From Eledone cirrhosa (Eukaryota), in contig OZ024754.1 of the NCBI GenBank assembly GCA_964016885.1, positions 33,046,001 through 33,110,000 on the forward strand: a stretch of DNA of 64,000 nt. The letters are read 5' to 3'. The notes beneath the pieces are model-generated. The model was not told where the DNA came from. It did not search any database and saw only the letters and a program-made list of their open reading frames with translations. Position 1 is the first letter of the stretch. Every line of letters starts with the position of its first letter. This document shows, piece by piece, positions 54,885 through 64,000 of this stretch. The position numbers and the translations under genes are program-made.

Positions 54885-55163
54885 TATATATGTATATATT
54901 TATATATATATATATGTATATATATATGTATATATATATATGTATATATATATATGTATATATATATATGTATATATATATGTATATATATATATGTATA
55001 TATATATATGTATATATATATGTATATATATAAATGTATATATATATGTATATATGTATATATTTATATATATGTATATATATGTATGTATATATATGTA
55101 TATATATATGTATATATATATATATATGTATATATATATGTGTATATATATATATGTATATAT

Positions 55164-55205
<42 letters not shown>

Positions 55206-55380
55206 GTATATATATATGTGTATATATATATGTGTATATATATATGTATATATATATGTGTATATATATATGTATATATATATATGTGTATATATATATA
55301 TGTATATATATATGTATATATATATATGTATATATATATGTATATATGTATATGTATATATATATGTATATATGTATATA

Positions 55381-55429
<49 letters not shown>

Positions 55430-55730
55430 TTTTAACTATATATATATATATATACATATACATATACATACAATATATACATGTGCGTGTGTATATACAT
55501 GCGCCACACACACACACACACACACAGACACACACACTCACACATTTGTTATAAAATATATTTCTGTAGTTACGAACAAATGTATAGCAATCTTTCTTTT
55601 TCTTCCTTCTTTCTTTCCTTCTTGCTTTCTTTCTTTTATTCATTCTCTGTTTTCCCCATTCCTCTATCTTCGTTATCCACTTTTATCTCCTACTACACCC
55701 CATCAACGTCTTCCCCATCTCATTATTATC

Positions 55731-55794
<64 letters not shown>

Positions 55795-55824
55795 ATATAT
55801 GTCTATATATATACATATATATTT

Positions 55825-56254
55825 ATTCAGGTTTGAGGTTCACCACTGTATAGAGCTGGTCTATTCCGTATGGTCAATCGTAATGCAATAATATAGAGAG
55901 TACTCAACGTAAAGCAGTTCAACCGTCTTTGTTTTTGTAGTTGGTGGTGCTATTACGGAGTTAAATATTATAATGAAATGACAGGAGGCTGGACTTGTGT
56001 AAATCCTTGAAAGGTTTATTATACTATGATCATTTCAATGACCGGGTTCCGTATGAATCCGGTGATATCATCAGGTATTCGAAATATAATACGTGAATGT
56101 AATAGGTAAAATCCATGGGGCTGAAAATCGAGACCCGAGGGCGACCGCTATTCTGTTCCTTCAACCTCAGCCGGTCGCCCTTGAAATGATCATAGTATAA
56201 TAAACCTTTCAAGGATTTACACAAATCCAGCCTCCTGTCATTTCATTATAATAT
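55825..56254. mobile_element. family G fold-back element: tailed arm with hammerhead 56021-56078 (-), short arm 56181-56254
   Basis: atac CTGATGA tatcaccggattc..gaacccggtcatt GAAA tgatca TA gtat; inverted repeat 55966-56038 / 56181-56253. Confidence 0.85.
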
Positions 56255-56261
56255 TATATAC

Positions 56262-56296
<35 letters not shown>

Positions 56297-56318
56297 TGCA
56301 TATATATATATATGTATG

Positions 56319-56366
<48 letters not shown>

Positions 56367-56368
56367 TG

Positions 56369-56434
<66 letters not shown>

Positions 56435-56465
56435 CGCACACACACACACACATACGCACACACAC

Positions 56466-56525
<60 letters not shown>

Positions 56526-56526
56526 T

Positions 56527-56715
56527 GTGGCAATAACTTGGTAGAGAAGATAGGGAGCAGCCCGAGACCGTAGGACGAGTTTTTCTATAATTTTTAAGGC
56601 CAGTTACTACAGCCATGGAGAGTTTGAAGTAGTTTGAAAAGGTTTAAATAGGCCCTCCGAGCTAATGAAACGTACGTTCCTGTTATGGCTCCTTTGTAGT
56701 AACTGGCCTTAATAA
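56527..56715. mobile_element. TA-anchored element with short inverted repeat and half hammerhead GAAA CGTACG TT (56667-56678)
   Basis: TTAAGGCCAGTTACTACA / TGTAGTAACTGGCCTTAA. Confidence 0.55.
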
Positions 56716-57085
56716 TTATTTCTACGTTTGGCACAAGGCCAGCAATTACTCAGTATATTACTGGTACTTTATTTTATCGACCCCGTAAGGATGAAAGGCA
56801 AAGTTAACCTCGGCGGGATTTGAACTCAGAATGGAAAGACCCGTAACTCTATGCGTCAAAGCATGGCGTCAGACCCTCTACCGATACTGCCAATCCACTG
56901 GCCTTAATAATTGTTTCTACTTTAGGCACAAGGCCAGCAAGTACCCAGTGCATTACTGGTACTTTATTTTATCGACCCCGTAAGGATGAAAGGCAAAGTC
57001 AACCTCGGCGGGATTTGAACTCAGATCGTAAAGGGACGTAACTATGCTGGAAAGCATGGCGTCCGACCCTCTACCGATACTGCCC
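56710..57085 (-). mobile_element. two tandem Meta-core SINEs with thrice-repeated target ACTGGCCTTAATAAT
   Basis: repeat at ~56702, 56897, 57086. Confidence 0.9.
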
Positions 57086-57101
57086 ACTGGCCTTAATAAT
57101 G

Positions 57102-57153
<52 letters not shown>

Positions 57154-57203
57154 TGAGAATGAGTATTCAATACCGAAGTAGAGTTTAGCTATTTATTTAT
57201 TCC

Positions 57204-57250
57204 GGTTGTCTGACGATCCTCAGTGGGCAGGTGAAACTCCGAGTATGACT
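57204..57250 (+). ncRNA. hammerhead-like motif in a small TA-anchored element
   Basis: ggttgt CTGACGA tcct..aggt GAAA ctccgag TA tgact. Confidence 0.55.
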
Positions 57251-57271
57251 CACTACCTATCGCCATGTTAA

Positions 57272-57308
<37 letters not shown>

Positions 57309-57311
<3 letters not shown>

Positions 57312-57503
57312 CGAAGGAAATGTGGTAAGGAACCAGGTGGACCATAACGCACCAAAGTACTCAATACTTAGGGTAGTAGAGTGGGTAATAGGAACGAGTA
57401 GGACCCCGACGGCTGAGCTAGAGCCGTTTCGACGACTAATTCTCGTCCAGAATTAGCCGTCGAAACGGCTTGAGCTCAGCCGTCGGGGTCCTACTCGTTC
57501 CTA
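57309..57503 (-). mobile_element. family B fold-back element
   Basis: as 9831. Confidence 0.85.
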
Positions 57504-57504
57504 A

Positions 57505-57637
<133 letters not shown>

Positions 57638-58063
57638 TATGTTTCTGTGTGTGGAAGTGTTTGGAATGCGGCGAGTCAAGTTTAGAATTGAAACAGAAAT
57701 AGAAGAGACAACGTAAATATGATTAAATAATTGTTTCTACTTTTGACACAAGGCCAGCAATTACCCCAGTGTATTACTGGTACTTTATTTTATCGACCCC
57801 GTAATGATGAAAGTCAAAGTTAACCCCGGCGAGTCTAATAATATGGCGTGTAGACTTACTGAATGGAAAAAGATGTATGTATGTATGTATGTATGTATGT
57901 ATGTATGTATGTACGTATGTATGTATGTATGTATGTATGTGTGCGTGATTGTCTCCGTTTCTTCAACACCACTGCTAAGCAGACAACCACCAACCACACC
58001 ACCACCACCACCACCACCACCAACGACACCACCACCACCAACCACAACAACCACACCACCACC

Positions 58064-58095
<32 letters not shown>

Positions 58096-58255
58096 CAACA
58101 ACAACCACACCAGCACCACCACCACCACCAACCACACCACCACCACCAACCACACCACCACCACCACCACCACCACCACCACCAACAACCACACCACCTC
58201 CACCACCACACCAACAACCACCAACAACCACACCACCACCACCACCAACCACACC

Positions 58256-58287
<32 letters not shown>

Positions 58288-58554
58288 CAGCAACACCACC
58301 ACCATCACCCTCACCCTCACCATCACTCTCACCACCACCACCAGCACCACCACTAGAAGCCAAAGAGGAAATTAGACGTCTTGGTGTCATGTCATTTAAG
58401 CTTGTCCACCATATTTATTAGTTAGGTTCCTGTCAGCGAGCAATGATACCCTAGTTTCCCGGAGACCCAGGAATCGGTGCATCTTGCTCCATTTCGTTTC
58501 TAACGAAAATACACCACCCCTTCCTCTTTCAAACCACTTCTCTTACTCTTTCCA

Positions 58555-59265
58555 CTGTTACTGTCGTTATTGCTGTTGTTGTTGTTGTTGCTGTTGTTGT
58601 GGTTGTTGCTGTGGCTACTGCTGTTGTTGCTGTTGTTGCTGTGGCTACTGCTGTTGTTGTTGTTGCTGTTGTTGTTATTGGTGGTGTTGTTATTGTGGTT
58701 GTTGTTACTGTCGTTATTGCTGCTGTTGTGGCTACTGCTGCTACTGCTGCTGTTGTTGTTGTTGCTGTTGTTGTTGTTGTTGCTGTTGTTATTAGTGTTG
58801 TTGTTGTTGTTGTTGTTATTGCTGCTGTTGTTATTAGTGTTGTTGTTACTGTCGTTATTGCTGTTGTTGTTGTTGCTGTGGCTTCTGCTGTTGTTGTTGT
58901 TGTTGCTGTTGTTGTTATTGGTGTTGTTGTTATTAGTGTTGTTGTTACTGTCATTATTGCTGCTGCTGTGGCTACTACTGCTGCTGTTGTTGTTGTTGTT
59001 GCTGTCGCTTCTGCTGTTGTTGTTGTTGTTGTTGTTGCTGTGGCTACTGCTGTTGCCGTTGTTGTTATTTGTGGTGTTGTTATTAGCGTTGTTGTTGTTG
59101 TTGTTGTTATTGCTGCTGTTGTTATTAGTGTTGTTGTTGTTGTTGTTGTTGTTATTGCTGCTGTTGTTATTAGTGTTGTTGTTGATATTGTTGTTATTGT
59201 TGCTGTTGTAATTAGTGTTGTTGTTATTGCTGTGGTTGTTATTAGTGTTGTTGTTGTTGTTATTG
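58555..59265. repeat. (GTT/GCT)n tract; similar tracts at 2670-3700, 53445-54230, 57983-58353, 61860-62640
   Basis: direct reading. Confidence 0.95.
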
Positions 59266-59269
59266 TCTG

Positions 59270-59402
59270 AATATGTCACTGTATAATTTTTGTATTTTAT
59301 CTGATGAGAGCGTACCAACATTTTGTACCCTTGCAATATATATAATAACATAAATGTGGTGTTATAAAGATAGCTTCCCTTTATTAATATTATTGATATA
59401 TA
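59270..59402 (+). mobile_element. family A short copy, hammerhead with GAAA>GCAA mutation
   Basis: tattttat CTGATGA gagcgtacc..gtaccctt GCAA tatata TA. Confidence 0.7.
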
Positions 59403-59413
59403 TTATGAAATAA

Positions 59414-59602
59414 AGGCGGGGGATTGGCAGTATCGGTAGAGGGTCGGACGCCATGCTTTCCAGCATAGTTACGTGCCTTTACGATCTGAGTTCAAATCCC
59501 GCCGAGGTTGACTTTGCCTTTCATCCTTACGGGGTCGATAAAATAAAGTACCAGTAATGCACTGGGTAATTGCTGGCCTTGTGCCTAATGTAGAAACAAT
59601 TA
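59414..59602 (+). mobile_element. Meta-core SINE with TSD ATTATGAAATAA
   Basis: duplication on both sides. Confidence 0.9.
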
Positions 59603-59912
59603 TGAAATAACAGGAGGCTGGACTGGTGTAATTCCTTGAAGGTTTATTATACTATGAACATTTCAATGACCGGGTTCAGTATGAATCCGGTGACATCATC
59701 AGGTATTCTAAATTTAAGAAAAGAATATAATAGACACAATCCATGGGGCTGAAAATGCAGAGAGACGAGAAGGCGGCCGAACAATTAACAGTTGCAAGTC
59801 CGGTTGGCCGCCTTCAAGTCATTACGTCGAGTGCTCTCCCGAATATTACACCAAGGTTGACTATACGGAATGACCAGTTCTATCCAGTGGTGAACCAACA
59901 AACCTAAATGTG
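59600..59912. mobile_element. family G copy: short arm with hammerhead 59649-59706 (-) joined to + strand tail
   Basis: homologous to 55970-56130 and reverse complement of 55826-55910. Confidence 0.8.
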
Positions 59913-59936
59913 TATATATATATATATATATATATG

Positions 59937-60243
59937 CAAAAGTTCTATTTAAATTGTTGGGATACAACAAGCAAATATTTTTATAACTGATATAAAGCAC
60001 TCAACAAGTATTTGGAGTAAACATACGATATTAACAAATGGAAACTATATTTATAAAACCATATTTATTTCATTATACATATTTCAAGGACACCAAGTTA
60101 AATTATGGTGTGCTTTCATCAGACAAAATATAATATAGATCAGTTTTATAAATAAATATTGACATACCCTTAAAACATGCAACCATTACTGTTGGAAGCT
60201 CCCGGATAGTACTATCCGGGAGCTTCCAGCAGTAATGGTTGCA
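59937..60243 (-). mobile_element. family A element with tail, hammerhead 60066-60130 (-) and 66-bp terminal palindrome (60178-60243, centre AGTACT)
   Basis: same stem II as 6074 copy; zero-spacer fold-back at the 5' end. Confidence 0.85.
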
Positions 60244-60244
60244 T

Positions 60245-60283
<39 letters not shown>

Positions 60284-60311
60284 TTGTGTGTGTATGTGTG
60301 TGTGTGTGTGT

Positions 60312-60846
60312 GAGGTCACTCTCGAGTGCTACGGGTAACATGTAACCCAATACAACCTGCCTCATGGTCGGGTGGTCGGCCACTAAACCAGCAACCCCAT
60401 CAAGCTTGCTTGGTGAGGAGGGTGATATTTGGACACCCTGCGGGATAAAATACAAGACCCAGCAAAGAGCGGGGGGAACTCAGCAGAGTCAACGGCCATC
60501 CAAATAGTACTAGTACTTTTTTTTTTCACCTTGGAGTGAAAGGCGTCCAGTTGTTGTCACTCACAACACCTTTCTAGGAGAGGGAAACTCTGGAAAAAAG
60601 ACCTGCGGCTTCGCAAACTTCTGATGATGTCGACCAGTTCTCCTTTTCGCGTAGTGTTTTCGATGCTCAGAGAATCGGGTTGGACGAGTGCATGGCCTTA
60701 ACCCTCTTAAAATAACCTTCAAAGCAGAAGCATTGCTTGTTCAGGATCTGTTACAGGTTCGTGTGACTGACCGTGACCTAAAAGTGCACCAGTTTCGATA
60801 ATTGCACCAGTTTCGAATAATTGCACTACGCTTAGCAGAATTTGCA

Positions 60847-60853
<7 letters not shown>
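60312..60853 (+). mobile_element. diverged relative of the 13682 repeat
   Basis: AGGTCAC..GGTAACATGTA.CCCAATACAACCTG..CTTGGTGAGGAGGGTGA..CTAGGAGAGGGAAACTCTG..GCAGCCATCA. Confidence 0.7.
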
Positions 60854-60879
<26 letters not shown>

Positions 60880-60882
<3 letters not shown>

Positions 60883-61026
60883 CGAAGGGAATGTGGTAAG
60901 GAACCAAGTGGACCATAACGCACCAAAGTACTCAATACTTAGGGTAGTAGAGTGGGTAATAGGAACAAGTAAGACCCCGACGTCGAAACGGCTTGAGCTC
61001 AGCCGTCGGGGTCTTACTTGTTCCTA
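60880..61026 (-). mobile_element. family B fold-back element with collapsed centre
   Basis: as 9831; junction CCCGACGTCGAAACGG. Confidence 0.85.
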
Positions 61027-61210
61027 TATATATATATATATATATATATAAATGAAAGGTATAGAAAACATTGCAGCGAAAAGCCAACAGTATTCCATAA
61101 TATATATAAGTGACTATAGCGTCAAAATGAGAAAAATAGTTAACGTATATATATGTATATATATATGTGTGTGTGTGTATATATATATATCTATATATAC
61201 ATACAGACAG

Positions 61211-61255
<45 letters not shown>

Positions 61256-63039
61256 AATTGTTCAAATGCCACATTCTTCTTTGCTAGCTTATCTCAGTAT
61301 CTGCATTTCTGACTGAAACATTGAAATCAATCCGCACGTAATCATTTAGCCATTTATATATATTTAAGTAAGACGAACCATGAATCACATAAGAAGATTT
61401 CACTAGTCTCACTGTACATGTAAGAACTCAAGCCCAATATGAATGTTAGAACTTCCGGTCACATACCAACACCCACTGCTTCTGCTCAATATACAAGAAT
61501 ATATAAAACAATTTATACAGGAAAAGTCAATAAACCACAACGAAGTCTATATATTGATGTCTTTATTTAATTGCATGTCTTTCAAAATGTCACTTTAAAA
61601 TATACCAATCTTAGCAAGTCTTTAGTTCTAACCTTTAATTGGCTCTTTAGGCTACTTGTTTTTATTAGATTTTTAAATTTATTTATCTCGCTATCTATTT
61701 ATCTATTTATCTGGATATTGTTCATAAGTAAATCTTCAATGGCAGTGTACTCAAAGACTAAGCATTGTGGGATATTACTTCCGGTTGTTGGAATCAAAAG
61801 ACTTTATCGACTTTGTTGACGGTGAGATGACCGATCATACTCTCTTGGTCTTGAAATTCTTGTTGTTGATGTTGTTGTTGTTGTTGATACTGTTACTGTT
61901 GTTATTGTTGTTGTTGCTATTGTTGTTGTTACTACTGTTGGTGATACTGTTGTTGCTGTTGTTGTTACTGTTGTTGTTGCTGATGTTGCTATTGCTGTTG
62001 TTGTCGTTGTTGCTATTGTTGTTGTTACTACTGTTGGTGATAATGTTGTTGCTGTTGTTGTTGTTGTTGTTACTGTTGTTGTTGCTGATGTTGCTATTGC
62101 TGTTGTTGTCGTTGTTGCTATTGTTGTTGTTACTACTGTTGGTGATAATGTTGTTGCTGTTGTTGCTACTGTTGTTGTTACTATTGTTGTTGTTGTTGTT
62201 GTTATTGCTGCTATTGTTGTTACTACTGTTGTTGTTGCTGGTGTTGCTATTGTTCTTGTTGTTACTGTTGTTGATGTTGCTATTGCTATTGTTGTTGTCA
62301 CTACTGTTGTTGGTACTGCTGTTGCTATTGTTACTATTGTTGTTGTTGCTGTTGCTATTGCTATTGTTGTTGTTACTACTGTTGTTGGTACTGTTGTTGC
62401 TATTATTACTATTGTTGTTGTTGTTGCTGTTGCTATTGCTATTGTTGTTGTTACTACTGTTGTTGTTGCTGTTGTTTCTGTTGCTATTGCTGTTGTTGTT
62501 AGCGATACTGTTTTTGTTGTTGTTAGTGCGTTGCTTAAATTATTGTGTTGTTGTTGAGGTGGTTATTATTAGTGGTGGTAGTAGTGGTGGTTATGTTGTT
62601 GTTGTTGTGTGGGATGTTGTTGTTGTTGTTGTGTGGTGATGCTGATTGTGATGTTAGTTGCAGTAACGATAGAGACTGGATTATCAATGATACCATTTGT
62701 ATTAGTAGCATCTTTAAAGGGAGGTAAATTTGCTGACTCGGTAGATCATTAGACAGAATGATTGTCGGCACGTGATCTAAGCATTTTATATTCTAATTTC
62801 AAATCCTTCCGGGTTCGATAAATAAAGTACCATTCAACTACTAGGATCAATTTAATAGATTTTTCCCGTCTACTCAAAAATATTGGCCTTGTGCCTAAAC
62901 TAGAAACTATTACTGTAATAATCTGGGAGGGGAATAATTGTAACAGGGGACCTATTACAATTGTTCAATTGTAGTGTTATGCTGAACAGCTGCTATCACG
63001 TATAGGATGCATCTGGCTATCAGCTGAAACCATTGTGAA

Positions 63040-63510
63040 TGTTGCTCCAGAGTGGGCGCCTTTCTTGAAACATGTCTTCCTGCGGTTCGTTTCCTTGACT
63101 CAGCTACAGTTCTGGATTGTGTGTGGACCAAGAATGGGAGACTAGCATCGAGAGTGGCACTAGGAGCTCACATCACTTTATACCACGTTCTATAAAAGGT
63201 TTGTCGAAGGTATGAGTAACGATGTCTTCGGAGTAACTTTGGGCGTTGACAGAAACAGTCTGAACAGGCTCTTCTGGAGCACTTTAAGCTCAGGTATTAT
63301 GGATAATTTCCAAAATTGTTTGGAGACTGTATCAATTCTACAGGGGAACTCTATCAGTTCGAGGCAAGCTCTACAGGCACGGAAATTCCAGCAAACGGAA
63401 GTGTTCGATATGCACGCAGAACGAAAAAAACTGTCCTGGGTGCTATTGCTCAGGACCTGTGCTATGTAGGGCTGTGAACTTGTGACGAACAATTACAATC
63501 ACGTGACGGA
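63040..63510 (+). pseudogene. old Tx1/L1-like ORF2 C-terminal fragment
   Basis: SLNRLFWSTLSSGIMDNFQNCL then shifted QFYRGTLSVRGKLYRHG..KCSIC, homologous to 48643-49224. Confidence 0.75.
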
Positions 63511-64000
63511 CAGGTGCAGCTGTCAACCAGGATTATAGTGCAAATTGAAGCCCAAAATCTTTTAGAAGGCAGACTCTGCAAATTCTCCTCTGCCAGGTAA
63601 CTATGGCGAAAGAAGCCTAAAAGGATTGAGGATAAAAATCTTTCTTTCTAGCCAAGCCATCATCAACTTCTTCAAGTTTCACATGAGGTGAAAGGTATCG
63701 GTAGAGAGGCTTGGCACTGCCTTCTAATGTGTTTTATGAAAAACTGGGGAGAGATAGGCGATACTGAATGGAGAAAAGAAACCGGGAAAGAACCCTTTCA
63801 ATACCCGTGAGACAACAGAGAAACCCGTGTTTCTCCCTGGAATTACGTTAAAGGGCAATTCCGCCTCATTAGGAAACTATTTCCTGATGAAATACGTTAG
63901 TTTTTCTATTGTTATATATTTATTACTATATCTAATATTGTTATTCCTACTGTTGTTATTCCTTCTTCGGTGATGCCCCCTTTCCATTATTTGATGTAAA

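Noticed and set aside
63568-63630. HDV-like ribozyme (GGCAGA/TCTGCC, GGTAAC, GGCGAA)
   Set aside because: No room for P3/L3 between putative P2 and P1'; cannot be folded canonically

Overview
AT-rich, microsatellite-saturated animal DNA with no recognisable host gene exon. The SINE content (tRNA head + Meta/MESC-type core) and (TA)n/(CA)n/(GATA)n density suggest an octopod cephalopod (inference). Nearly all listed ORFs are microsatellite artefacts. Real coding remnants: RTE-clade RT pieces (15711-16823 plus two short copies; BovB-like 47697-48106), Tx1/L1-like ORF2 C-termini sitting in (GATA)n, and a Penelope-like (PLE) GIY-YIG endonuclease C-terminus (42090-42394). The main signal: the short 'unique' islands between (TA)n tracts are about a dozen unrelated families of 100-450 bp elements carrying type I hammerhead ribozyme motifs (over 20 complete CUGANGA..GAAA..UH cores read by eye, mostly with a palindromic stem III). 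They often form fold-back palindromes with one tailed long arm and one short arm ending at a fixed point, and share a YYGAGTRC-like motif near the 3' end. One copy links this architecture to the GIY-YIG ORF, so they look like (TA)n-targeted PLE ends or derivatives. Also present: a TSD-flanked 5' U2 snRNA retrocopy inside a hAT-like MITE, a twin-primed RTE copy and several minisatellites. All alignments and folds were done by eye; coordinates may be off by a few bases.
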